Sequence record: MK268344.1 | Length of the DNA stretch: 64,000 nt | Strand: one strand, 5' to 3' | Shown: positions 32,142 to 41,522 of the stretch, in pieces | How the letters are laid out: each line of letters begins with the position of its first letter | Numbering within the stretch: the first letter of the stretch is position 1 | The notes under the pieces: model-generated | Seen by the model: only the letters and a program-made list of their open reading frames with translations | Database searches by the model: none | Told to the model about the DNA's origin: nothing | Made by a program: the position numbers and the translations under genes

Positions 32142-33113
32142 ATGGCACATTACGGCGTTTATACGTACCCGACTAATAATGAAGTAGCACTTGGCAACTT
32201 CAACTTACCTTTCAATCAAGAAAAGGTTGTAATTTATCGTGGTGCAAACAATTCATTATCCTTTTCAGTACATAACGCTGATGGTAAGTATACCTTACTA
32301 CGAGACGATGAATATTTAATTTTTGCAATTTTTGATGCTCGAAACAATACAAAGATTTATGATGTATTGCTAGAGAAAATATTACCCTCATGGGTATCTG
32401 AAGCTGGTCAAGCAAGACCAACATTAAGTAATAAGAAAAAAGTGTATTACGGTTGCGTAGTCCCTGCTGGAGTTATTCAAGATTTAAGCCCCGGTTCGAA
32501 GTATCGTTGGACAATTCACAAAGTTCGTCTAAATGGTGATCTTGTCGAACCAACAGAATTTCTGTATACTGGATTAGGTTTTGAAGCTAGTGCAGAATTG
32601 ATTATTAGTGATCAAGCTGCACCGGTATTTGTTGCATCCCAAGAGATTAGTGCGGAGAAGAATTCTTCATGGCTACCGATTGCACACAAATCAGAGCAAC
32701 CCATTGCAAATGGGGTAAAAGGGGATTACGAAGTATTACACTCTTCAGCTATACGTGCTGGTTGCCAGTACGGTTTGGTTGAGGGCTTAAGTACTATCGC
32801 ATTCTATTTTCAAAACTTTATCGGTCGAATTCAACTTCAAGGATGTTTGGCTAATAATTCTCCAAATGATAACGAGGAATACAAGTGGTTCATCATTAAG
32901 CTAGATGGAAAAGAGTACATCGAAAGTGGCTGGGATGAACATGGTGCACCAAAATCTATTGATGGAATCCAAGCCTTTAACTTCAAGGGGAATTATATGT
33001 GGGTACGTGCGGTTTGCTGCATCCCGCCGCTAGTACGACACTATGAACCAAACGAGGTGGTCAAGTATTACGAACCGTTGAAGACTGTCCCTAAAATTTT
33101 AATCAGACGATAA
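32142..33113 (+). CDS. Putative virion structural protein (beta-rich)
   Basis: Late box CATAAATA at 32092; YRGANNSLSFSV; FNFKGNYMWVR. Confidence 0.6.
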   Translation: MAHYGVYTYPTNNEVALGNFNLPFNQEKVVIYRGANNSLSFSVHNADGKYTLLRDDEYLIFAIFDARNNTKIYDVLLEKILPSWVSEAGQARPTLSNKKKVYYGCVVPAGVIQDLSPGSKYRWTIHKVRLNGDLVEPTEFLYTGLGFEASAELIISDQAAPVFVASQEISAEKNSSWLPIAHKSEQPIANGVKGDYEVLHSSAIRAGCQYGLVEGLSTIAFYFQNFIGRIQLQGCLANNSPNDNEEYKWFIIKLDGKEYIESGWDEHGAPKSIDGIQAFNFKGNYMWVRAVCCIPPLVRHYEPNEVVKYYEPLKTVPKILIRR

Positions 33114-33115
33114 AG

Positions 33116-33146
33116 TTGGGATGAACCTGAAAAAATGTGATATAAT
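33116..33146 (+). promoter_or_regulatory. GGGA-class promoter (primase/helicase)
   Basis: TTGGGATG-17-TATAAT. Confidence 0.8.
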
Positions 33147-33170
33147 CAACCTATATGCGAGGATGAAATT

Positions 33171-34229
33171 ATGAATCAGGTTCAAATTATTGTGGCAAAC
33201 TTGATGCAAGATCCTGTACCAGCAATGGGAGCATGGAAGCATCATAATTGCCCTGCATGTGTATTCAAAGGTCAACCACGCCCTGATACACGTGGACGTG
33301 GGAACCACGTCTTTAATAATGATGGTGGAATAGGTTATAACTGTTTCAACTGTGGTATTAAAGTAAACTGGCAACCCGGAAGGTATATGAGCAACGATAT
33401 GGAAACGTTGCTCATTTCGTATGGTGCGTCAGATAAAGATATTGCCTTTATTAAACTTTTCATTGATGAAATGGTTAAGAGTGGCGAATACGAGGTTGAG
33501 GAATCAGCCTCGAATAAGTTATTCCAGCGAATAACAAAACGCGAGTTACCACCTGATGCAAAGAGTTTTGCAGAGTGGGCGAGTACTCCAGATATTGAAC
33601 GCTTACAGCCTAAGTTCATTAGTGTTCTAGAAGCTGTTAATATGCGTAATCCATATCTACTGGACTTAGATATCTACTGGAGTCCATCAAAAGAACATCG
33701 TATGTATGATAGGTTTATTATACCTTATTATATGCACGGTGAAGTAATAGGTTACACGGCTAGACACAAAGATATGGATAGTGATTATCGCTATGTCAAT
33801 CAAGTAAGTACTAGCCTTCTTTATAACTTTGATTTGCTCAATGATGAAAGAATTAAAGTTATATTTGTGGCAGAAGGCCCGATTGATGCTGCCTTAATGT
33901 GCGGTGTATCTGCCAATAACTATTACCTCACAACTGCTCAAATAGAACTATTGAAAGCAGCACAACAAAGAGGTAAAAAAATAGTTATAGTACCAGACCG
34001 TGACAAAGATGGTTTGAAAGCGATTGACCAAGCAAAGGAACATGGATTTGCAGTATCGTTCCCTGATTATGGTACAGTCAGACAACCTGACGGAAGGGGA
34101 ATCCGTCACATAAAAGATTTAGATGAAGCATGTGCTAAGTATGGTAGGTTATTCTGTGTGCAGTTAATACACGCTAGCATAGTAGAAGACCCATTTTACA
34201 TTGAAGTACAAAAGGGCAAATGGATTTGA
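33171..34229 (+). CDS. gp61: DNA primase (gp61/DnaG-like)
   Basis: Zn motif CPAC...CFNC; TOPRIM EGPID and PDRDKDG. Confidence 0.9.
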   Translation: MNQVQIIVANLMQDPVPAMGAWKHHNCPACVFKGQPRPDTRGRGNHVFNNDGGIGYNCFNCGIKVNWQPGRYMSNDMETLLISYGASDKDIAFIKLFIDEMVKSGEYEVEESASNKLFQRITKRELPPDAKSFAEWASTPDIERLQPKFISVLEAVNMRNPYLLDLDIYWSPSKEHRMYDRFIIPYYMHGEVIGYTARHKDMDSDYRYVNQVSTSLLYNFDLLNDERIKVIFVAEGPIDAALMCGVSANNYYLTTAQIELLKAAQQRGKKIVIVPDRDKDGLKAIDQAKEHGFAVSFPDYGTVRQPDGRGIRHIKDLDEACAKYGRLFCVQLIHASIVEDPFYIEVQKGKWI

Positions 34230-34240
34230 GGAAAGAATAA

Positions 34241-35785
34241 ATGGCTTTAGTAAACACGGACGTTAAACAATATGGAATTAACTATCAAGAGTATCTACTT
34301 TCACAGGTTCTAAGCAATCCAGACATTTTTGTACGTTGTAAGGGTATTCTTAAACCTGATTATTTTGATAAGGAATTTCATAGCAGTATTACTTTTGTGC
34401 ATGAGCACTCACAAAAATATAATACCACTCCTACCTTAGATGATATTGAGTTTAAAGGTGGTTATCGTTATCGACATACACCTGTAGATGCATTAGGTGA
34501 GCAAGCAGTACTGGATGATATTGGTCAGTTCTGTCGTCACAAAGCACTAGCTCTAGCAATTCAACAAGGTATGGAATTAGTAAATCAGAAGAAGTATGGT
34601 GGAATTGAAGAACTTATTCGTGAAGCAATGCTAGTAAGTGTTCAAAACGAATTAGGTCTAGACATTTATGAAAACCCAGAAGAAGTAATCCGTTCATTGA
34701 ATATGAATCAAGGTTCATTCAAGACTGGTTGGGAAACATTAGATTTTAAACTATACGGTGGATTCGGTCGTCAAGAACTAGAAATCTTCGCAGCGGCATC
34801 AGGTGGTGGTAAATCTGTAGTACTACAAAACTTAGCAGTTAACTTCTCCAAACAAGGTAAAGTTGGTGCTTATATATCACTAGAGCTAGCAGAAGAACTT
34901 GTTGCAGTTCGTATCTATTCAATGATGGTGAACAAAGATAACAAGTCTATTAAATCTTCACCCGAAAATGCAAGTATTCAGATTAAACTAGAAGAGAAGA
35001 CAAATGGTTCTTTACGTATTCATCGTATGCCAGAATCGGTTACTACCGTAAATGATATTGAAAGTTATCTTCGTGAACTACAAATTAAAACTGGTCTAAA
35101 GTTAGATTATGTTTGCGTGGACTATCTTGATCTATTAACATCAGACCGTTGTGGCCCAAATGATAAATCTAATGCGTTCGTTAAAGATAAGTTTGTATCA
35201 GAAGAACTACGTGCACTTGCTATGAAAATGGATATCACAGTCGTTACTGCTTGTCAGTTTAACCGTAGTGGTATTAGTGAAGAGAAGAAAAGCCAATCAC
35301 AAATCGCTGGTGGTATTTCTAAAATCTACACAGCAGATAACGTAATCTATATTGAGGCTCGTCGCGAAACTGGTGAAATGTGGTTCGACTTCCAGAAAAC
35401 TCGTAACAGTGGTGCAGTAGGTTCTCGTCTACGTATGTCATATAATACTGACAGTCTACGTGTACTTGACCATAGCATTACAGTACAGCAAATGGAAATC
35501 GATGGTTCTGGTTTCAAACACTCAGATGGTTCTAACCCAGCGAAAGTAGGTGGTGGAAACGTCACTGGAGCACCCGGAGTGCCACTACAGCAATCTCCAA
35601 TGCAGATGCTACATAGTCACTTCCAAAGCTGCCAAGCAGCTTCTACGGCGGTTCCAGATGCCCCTGTACCCCAATCTCCCGGTATTCAAGATACTTCTAA
35701 ATCATCTAGTATAAATACTACAAATGACGCTAGCATTAACAATGAAAACATGTTAGCCATCAGGAGTTTATTGAATAGGAAATAA
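34241..35785 (+). CDS. gp41: Replicative DnaB-like helicase (gp41-like)
   Basis: AASGGGKS, SLEL, VDYLDL, TACQFNR, KTRNS. Confidence 0.95.
   Translation: MALVNTDVKQYGINYQEYLLSQVLSNPDIFVRCKGILKPDYFDKEFHSSITFVHEHSQKYNTTPTLDDIEFKGGYRYRHTPVDALGEQAVLDDIGQFCRHKALALAIQQGMELVNQKKYGGIEELIREAMLVSVQNELGLDIYENPEEVIRSLNMNQGSFKTGWETLDFKLYGGFGRQELEIFAAASGGGKSVVLQNLAVNFSKQGKVGAYISLELAEELVAVRIYSMMVNKDNKSIKSSPENASIQIKLEEKTNGSLRIHRMPESVTTVNDIESYLRELQIKTGLKLDYVCVDYLDLLTSDRCGPNDKSNAFVKDKFVSEELRALAMKMDITVVTACQFNRSGISEEKKSQSQIAGGISKIYTADNVIYIEARRETGEMWFDFQKTRNSGAVGSRLRMSYNTDSLRVLDHSITVQQMEIDGSGFKHSDGSNPAKVGGGNVTGAPGVPLQQSPMQMLHSHFQSCQAASTAVPDAPVPQSPGIQDTSKSSSINTTNDASINNENMLAIRSLLNRK
35710..35717 (+). promoter_or_regulatory. 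Late promoter inside the helicase coding sequence
   Basis: TATAAATA about 70 nt before the 35789 start. Confidence 0.7.
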
Positions 35786-35788
35786 TAC

Positions 35789-36070
35789 ATGTCGAGTGAT
35801 AAGAAAACACTTCTTGATAGTATCTTTAACTATACGCCAGAAAAAAGTAAATTACAGAATTTTAGTACTAAAGCAGATCATGCGATTAATTCTGTAATTA
35901 ATTTGCTTGAGTATATTGATACTGAATTTGGACAAGACGATGCAGACGATCTTAAAAAGCGATTGTTTCTAAGTATTAAAAACAGGGATTATAAAAAATT
36001 CCAACGTGGATTAGATAACATAGCTCTTGATGAAAAACGACAATCCAAGGGAGGACGATTAGATGAGTAA
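35789..36070 (+). CDS. Hypothetical late protein
   Basis: 93 aa; first gene after TATAAATA at 35710. Confidence 0.65.
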   Translation: MSSDKKTLLDSIFNYTPEKSKLQNFSTKADHAINSVINLLEYIDTEFGQDDADDLKKRLFLSIKNRDYKKFQRGLDNIALDEKRQSKGGRLDE

Positions 36071-36227
36071 GAAACTCAAAGAAAATGCTTCTTCTGGTGC
36101 GACGAGTGCAGGGAGTATTGCATCTGTTAGTACTGGATTACATTTTCCACTAATGAAACGTTTACCGAAGACAATACTCTTTGGTGGCTATACTGAAGTG
36201 AATATGGAGAAAAAAGATAAGAAATGA
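36063..36227 (+). CDS. 54-aa protein resembling the capsid-protein cleavage site and N-terminus (absent from ORF track)
   Basis: MSKKLKENASSGATSAGSIASV...KDKK; GGAGG upstream; overlaps both neighbours; 12/16 identity to MCP LRESASQGATSAGNIA. Confidence 0.75.
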   Translation: MSKKLKENASSGATSAGSIASVSTGLHFPLMKRLPKTILFGGYTEVNMEKKDKK

Positions 36228-36625
36228 AACCATACACATTCTACACGATAAACACGATTGTAGATATTGGTGATGGTAGTACTCCCGCAATTATTGATGG
36301 AAAGTTTACTGGTGCAATGAATCTAACACGGATTGTACAATCTGTGATGGAATATGACTATCCAATGATGGTCAGCATAGTAAGGAATGAAGTTGATTTG
36401 TCAAAGGGTAACAATTCTGATTTCTACGCATTACCTGCATCATGGGGTAAATGTATTGTTAGTACTTTAAAATTTGCATTACCTGTTGATGTGCATATAC
36501 AATTGACTGGAATACCATTAGTACTCCCCACTGTAGTTAATAAAACGAGAATCACAAGATTTAATCTAGCATCAAGTACTCGTAATACAAGCATAACTAA
36601 ACAAACTTTTTCTATGAGTAAATAA
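36224..36625 (+). CDS. Putative virion protein
   Basis: 133 aa in the late cluster; weak resemblance (NLTRIVQSV) to the 16938/17605 pair. Confidence 0.55.
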   Translation: MKPYTFYTINTIVDIGDGSTPAIIDGKFTGAMNLTRIVQSVMEYDYPMMVSIVRNEVDLSKGNNSDFYALPASWGKCIVSTLKFALPVDVHIQLTGIPLVLPTVVNKTRITRFNLASSTRNTSITKQTFSMSK

Positions 36626-36652
36626 CGGAAAGGTTTTCTTTTTGGAGATACA

Positions 36653-37588
36653 ATGGATATTCAACAAACCGCAACGGAATTGCAAAAGTTCGCAGATGCG
36701 AATGGTTTGCAGATGGATGTATCTACAGTTTTAGATAGTATGGATGCAGGGGATTTTGTTGCCCTAAACCAAGCTATGGATAATTCTGATAATCATTCCA
36801 TTCTTAAAATTTTACAAAAATATAAATCTCGTACATTTGAGAGTTATCAATATTTTAGTGGTATGTTACTAACTGAAGATGAAAGTATAAATTTAGTTAA
36901 TGACATGACACCAGATGAATTGATTGAACATTACCGTACTATGGAAGGTATGATTCATGAAGTTGATCACTTAACTTTACAAGAAATTCGCACTTTAGTT
37001 TATGAAGATTTAACTACACAGTTACGTGCTAATCAGATTGTTGGTCGTAATACTACTACACAGCAACAGCAAGTAAATCCTCAAACACAAGCTAAAGTTA
37101 AACAAGCTAATATTCAGCGTAATGCGAATAATAGTTCGTTTAAAGTTTCAGTACCGGGTAACCAACAAGGTACGCAGGAAATTGAGCCAGTGGTCGGTAT
37201 TGATCCGGGGCCAACTCCACAGCAAACATTGGTTGTAACCAAAGATCAAAATAAACCTAATGAACTAAGTGTTTATGGTTTAGATGATGTTGAAACTGTA
37301 CAAAATCAAGGTACTACCACAATCAGTGAAGAATTATCACCCCAAGAAGCCAATGATGAAGTAATGGGGCCACCATCTGGTAGAGATAATATTGGTGGAG
37401 GCCCAACAACCTTTACTAATACTGCTGCTGGTATGGGAGCAATTCGACAAGCGATTGACGATGCTGTATCATCTGAAGTTGAAAATACTGATGGTGAACA
37501 AAGTCCATTGGGTAATGATGCTACCGAAGCTGGTAATGATATGATTGACCAGATTATTGACTTCTGCACGAGAATGAGAGGTAGATAA
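36653..37588 (+). CDS. Putative head-associated protein with Q/T-rich disordered region
   Basis: Late box AGTAAATA at 36617; several L/I-x-E motifs. Confidence 0.6.
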   Translation: MDIQQTATELQKFADANGLQMDVSTVLDSMDAGDFVALNQAMDNSDNHSILKILQKYKSRTFESYQYFSGMLLTEDESINLVNDMTPDELIEHYRTMEGMIHEVDHLTLQEIRTLVYEDLTTQLRANQIVGRNTTTQQQQVNPQTQAKVKQANIQRNANNSSFKVSVPGNQQGTQEIEPVVGIDPGPTPQQTLVVTKDQNKPNELSVYGLDDVETVQNQGTTTISEELSPQEANDEVMGPPSGRDNIGGGPTTFTNTAAGMGAIRQAIDDAVSSEVENTDGEQSPLGNDATEAGNDMIDQIIDFCTRMRGR

Positions 37589-37809
37589 TGAGAATAGCCA
37601 AAAGTGAATTTGGCGTTTCGGTAATGGTATCTAATGAAGAATATCGTGTTATTCGTAAAATAAAATCATTGGGCCGTGTCAATCGTGACATGGTTCCTGA
37701 TTACTATCAGGAAATTGCTGATAAATTAGTATCTCGTGGAGTTCTAAATAGAATAGAAATTGGCGAGAAAGAATACTATGAACCAGTGAGGATAAAGAAA
37801 AATGATTGA
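37588..37809 (+). CDS. Hypothetical protein
   Basis: 73 aa, translationally coupled. Confidence 0.6.
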   Translation: MRIAKSEFGVSVMVSNEEYRVIRKIKSLGRVNRDMVPDYYQEIADKLVSRGVLNRIEIGEKEYYEPVRIKKND

Positions 37810-38542
37810 TAGAAACGAAGTTAACAACATTATGGATATGCTTGGTTCTCTAGATGAAATCGAAGCAGGAACTAATGCACCCGTAGCGTCACAAGAATCT
37901 TTTAATGCAACTCGTGATCTTCTAAGTGGACTAAATGATATTGGTCTAGCGTATGGTAACTTATTAACACCAGAAAATGCAGTACCAGATCAAATAAGTG
38001 AATCTCAATTATATGAGAACTATGACGATTTCGAAGCACAAGAAAGATTAAACCAAATTTATGGACAAGACCCTAATGGCGTTATTAATTACGATCAGGG
38101 TAAACCACAAACTAAATCAGTACAACAAACTTTTAAACCAAGTATTGGTTCACCTAAAACTGCATGGTCATTGGTGGAAGAAGTTGCTCCCGGAACAAAG
38201 AGTACTAAAGTCTATAGTATTCAATCCAACCATAGTGGACAAAAGATTATGGATGGTATCATGATGTACGAAGCAGCCTTGACTCTAACTAATCTTCTAA
38301 ATGAAGGTCGTAAGATTAATGATACTAAGATGCTAGGCATTATTAGTTCAGGATTGCAGTACACTAATGTTGTAAACGAAGGCATTAAAGCCGCTCGCGA
38401 ACGTCAGAAAGTACTTAAAGAATCTCGTTATGATGATGCGAAAGACCTTGATATTATTATTGCAGAAAAGAAAGCGGAAGCGTACAAGTTAAAAGAACGA
38501 GTACTTACCTTTTTGCAAAAAGAAGGTTACATTAGTAAATAA
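37802..38542 (+). CDS. Putative head-associated protein
   Basis: 246 aa in the late cluster; LYE/LKE motifs. Confidence 0.55.
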   Translation: MIDRNEVNNIMDMLGSLDEIEAGTNAPVASQESFNATRDLLSGLNDIGLAYGNLLTPENAVPDQISESQLYENYDDFEAQERLNQIYGQDPNGVINYDQGKPQTKSVQQTFKPSIGSPKTAWSLVEEVAPGTKSTKVYSIQSNHSGQKIMDGIMMYEAALTLTNLLNEGRKINDTKMLGIISSGLQYTNVVNEGIKAARERQKVLKESRYDDAKDLDIIIAEKKAEAYKLKERVLTFLQKEGYISK

Positions 38543-38573
38543 ATTAGAATTTAATCTTATAAGGAAATAAGGA

Positions 38574-39206
38574 ATGTCTAAACAATTCAAAAAAATGATG
38601 GAAGCCGAGTCGAAAGCAGAAGCTCTAACTCTTGTTAAACTAACCGAATCTAACATTGAGAAAGCAGAAATTGTACTCGCAGTTAAAGGTGAAATCGTGG
38701 ATAAACTTCAACGCCAAGCTGAAGTAATTAACAACATGGGTGTTGACGTACTAGGCCCACTACTTGATCGTATTAAAGCAGAACATGGTATTGAGAGTGC
38801 TGATGCATTTCGCAATAATATCAGTGGACTTCTTGAACAAGCCGTTAAAACTCTAATGGATGTTAAAGACAAGATCAGTACTGAAACTCTAAAACTAACT
38901 GGTGATATTACTAATGCACCAGACGTTTCTGATATTGGCGGTGATATGGGTGGTGAAGATGTATCTCTAGATATTGATACCCCTGATTTTGATTTCGAAG
39001 GTGATGCTGAATTCAGCGATGATCTAGTAGAACCAGTTCCAGCAGAACGTGAAATGCGTGAAAGTGTTAAACCACGTATTGGGTTAAAACTTGAAAGCAA
39101 CAAAGGCACTATCGGTACTAAATTCTTCGAATCTAAGACTGAAGCTAAAAAGTGGCTAACTGAAAACCAAAATAAAGTAAAACGTGTAATTGGTTTCACC
39201 AAATAA
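38574..39206 (+). CDS. Putative prohead-associated protein
   Basis: Late box AGTAAATA at 38534; helical N-half, acidic linker. Confidence 0.55.
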   Translation: MSKQFKKMMEAESKAEALTLVKLTESNIEKAEIVLAVKGEIVDKLQRQAEVINNMGVDVLGPLLDRIKAEHGIESADAFRNNISGLLEQAVKTLMDVKDKISTETLKLTGDITNAPDVSDIGGDMGGEDVSLDIDTPDFDFEGDAEFSDDLVEPVPAEREMRESVKPRIGLKLESNKGTIGTKFFESKTEAKKWLTENQNKVKRVIGFTK

Positions 39207-39218
39207 GAGAGGTGCTAA

Positions 39219-39548
39219 ATGAGATTCAGTGATTTAACTGAAGAAGCACCCGCAAAAGATATTCGCAACATGATTACCAGTGTTGCGTTATCTCTAGTAG
39301 CTAGTGGGCGTGAAAATGTTAGTGTGCAATCTCTAATTGCAGAAATTAAAAAACGTACTAACATTGATGTTCCTTATAATGTTATGATGGATATCTTAAA
39401 CTCTTTGCCATTTGTACAGGATGCCAATTCTGATATGGTACAATTTGCTGGTGCTGATGAAAGCAGTAGTGAAGAGGGTGAAAGCTCAGAAGACATTGTA
39501 AGCGATATGGCTACAAAAGCTGCAACCAGCAGCATGAACCAAAAATAA
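39219..39548 (+). CDS. Hypothetical late protein
   Basis: 109 aa starting MRFSDLTEE. Confidence 0.6.
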   Translation: MRFSDLTEEAPAKDIRNMITSVALSLVASGRENVSVQSLIAEIKKRTNIDVPYNVMMDILNSLPFVQDANSDMVQFAGADESSSEEGESSEDIVSDMATKAATSSMNQK

Positions 39549-39579
39549 TTGAGACAAAACAGAATAAATGTGCTATAAT
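39549..39579 (+). promoter_or_regulatory. GGGA-class promoter variant (nuclease)
   Basis: TTGAGACA-17-TATAAT. Confidence 0.8.
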
Positions 39580-39592
39580 AGGAGTACAACGG

Positions 39593-40300
39593 ATGTACAC
39601 ACCACCTATGATTGAACGGTACACTTATCTCGGTTATGATCGTATCGAAGGCGGCCCCGAAGGTCGCCTTTATGCTACCCCTACCGGGAATCTACCGTCA
39701 GTTACTACCATCTTGAGTGCTACCTCAGATGATGAAGGACTAAAACAGTGGCGAGCATTCGTCGGTGAACAAAAAGCAAATGAAATAACATTGGAAGCAA
39801 CAACTATCGGTACGTTCATGCATGAGAATTTAGAACGCCGTTTGATTGGAGAAGAAGATCATTTGGGCGGTATGCCAATTCGAGTGTTAGCTCGTAACAT
39901 GGCAGACGTTATTCAGCGTGAAGCATGGCCTAAAATCAATGAAGTATGGGGGCAAGAAGTTCCTTTATTTTATGAAGGTCTTTGGGCTGGAACTACTGAC
40001 TTAGTAGGAATGCACGATGGTATACCAACGATAATGGATTACAAAAACTCTCGTAAACCTAAGAAATGGGATAAGATTGAGAACTACAGATTACAGACCG
40101 CAGCATATGCATTAGCACATAATCAAATGTTCGGTACTGATATACAACGTGGAGTAATCTTTATCTGTGTTCGAGAAGACCCAAACAATCTTCAGTACCA
40201 AGAATTCGTAATTGAAGGACAGGACTTTGAAGATGCGAAAAAAGGTTGGATTGAAAGAGTCGAGCAATACTATATTATGAGAGGCGATATTACAAAATGA
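39593..40300 (+). CDS. PD-(D/E)XK nuclease
   Basis: LPSVTTIL, GTFMHE, AGTTDLV, MDYKNS, QTAAYA. Confidence 0.88.
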   Translation: MYTPPMIERYTYLGYDRIEGGPEGRLYATPTGNLPSVTTILSATSDDEGLKQWRAFVGEQKANEITLEATTIGTFMHENLERRLIGEEDHLGGMPIRVLARNMADVIQREAWPKINEVWGQEVPLFYEGLWAGTTDLVGMHDGIPTIMDYKNSRKPKKWDKIENYRLQTAAYALAHNQMFGTDIQRGVIFICVREDPNNLQYQEFVIEGQDFEDAKKGWIERVEQYYIMRGDITK

Positions 40301-40854
40301 ACAGAGCTATGAAAGAAGATATTTTTACAATTAAAGCAATCGAAAGTAAAGGTTATAAAATGGAAGAACTAATTGTTCTATCCGATGAAGAACTTGATGA
40401 ATTACCAATTTCTCAACGTCTAATCGATGGCATTAAAACTGTTAAAGCACGTGGAGGAAAAACGGCTGATCAAATCGCAGAAGAGATTGCCGATTTAATG
40501 ACGAAAGACGTCACTAGTACTGAAGAAGTTGATGTTCCTGAAGTCGTTGAAGTTTACGAAACTCTATCTCCAGAACACATTGCTATTCAAGAAGAAATCA
40601 TTGAAGAAGCTCTTGAAGAAGAAATTGCTGAAGATGAAGTTCAAATTGTTCGTGTTGAATCTGCACCAGAAGATATTAAAACTGTAGAAGAAGTTCTAGA
40701 GACTAAATCTTATAAATCATTCCAACCATACATCAAACTACTACAATCTGAAGTTCCTAAAGTTATTTTGGATGCAGTTGATAGTACTCTAATTTCAGAA
40801 CTAATTGAAAAGCGTATCACTGCTGTTAAACAAGCAGCGAAAAAAACTAAATAA
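40297..40854 (+). CDS. Hypothetical acidic protein
   Basis: 185 aa, E-rich, coupled to the nuclease. Confidence 0.7.
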   Translation: MNRAMKEDIFTIKAIESKGYKMEELIVLSDEELDELPISQRLIDGIKTVKARGGKTADQIAEEIADLMTKDVTSTEEVDVPEVVEVYETLSPEHIAIQEEIIEEALEEEIAEDEVQIVRVESAPEDIKTVEEVLETKSYKSFQPYIKLLQSEVPKVILDAVDSTLISELIEKRITAVKQAAKKTK

Positions 40855-40882
40855 TCCTATACTATATTAGGAGAATTTAGGT

Positions 40883-41455
40883 ATGGCACAAAAACAAATT
40901 GCCTTACAACAAGTACGTTCGGGTAAACAACGTGATTTACCCGATGCTCTTGCGAAAGGCCAGATTGGATTCAGTACTGACGTGGGTCGTTTATTCATTG
41001 GGCTACCGAGTAGTTCAGAACCAGCATCATTAGTTGCTGGGCGTAACTGGACTAATGCACCAAACAGCGGGAAAGAAAACGTAGAAATCATTACTGAATT
41101 TACACCTTGGGAAATTATTAACAGTGTGGTTAATAAACCTAATGTATTAACACTTCCAGCTAACCAAAAAACTACTACAACTATTCGTACATCGTCTCGT
41201 GTATTCCTTGAGTATGTTGCATACGATAATGATAAATTGTTAGAAACTGGTTCAGTTCAATTGGTAGCAGTTGATACAACGAATGTATTAATCTCTCAAC
41301 AAAACAACACTAACAAATCTGATGGTATCGTTGCGATAGATTTTGAACAACCATCATATGACGTAGGTACTAAACGTTTAACTATTACTATTAACAATCG
41401 AAGTAGTACCGCAATAACACTTGAATTTATTATAAGAGGGTGGGATAAGCAATAA
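40883..41455 (+). CDS. Putative virion structural protein
   Basis: QVRSG..LAKGQIGFSTDVGRLFIG resembles N-terminal anchor domains of fibre proteins; late box ACTAAATA at 40846. Confidence 0.6.
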   Translation: MAQKQIALQQVRSGKQRDLPDALAKGQIGFSTDVGRLFIGLPSSSEPASLVAGRNWTNAPNSGKENVEIITEFTPWEIINSVVNKPNVLTLPANQKTTTTIRTSSRVFLEYVAYDNDKLLETGSVQLVAVDTTNVLISQQNNTNKSDGIVAIDFEQPSYDVGTKRLTITINNRSSTAITLEFIIRGWDKQ

Positions 41456-41473
41456 AGGCGAATCCCGCCTTTT
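41454..41473 (+). terminator. Intrinsic terminator before nrdA
   Basis: AAAGGCG-aatcc-CGCCTTTT. Confidence 0.75.
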
Positions 41474-41522
41474 ATTTCCCCTTATAAATATAAAACTGAA
41501 ATAATTAACACAAGGAAGTCAA

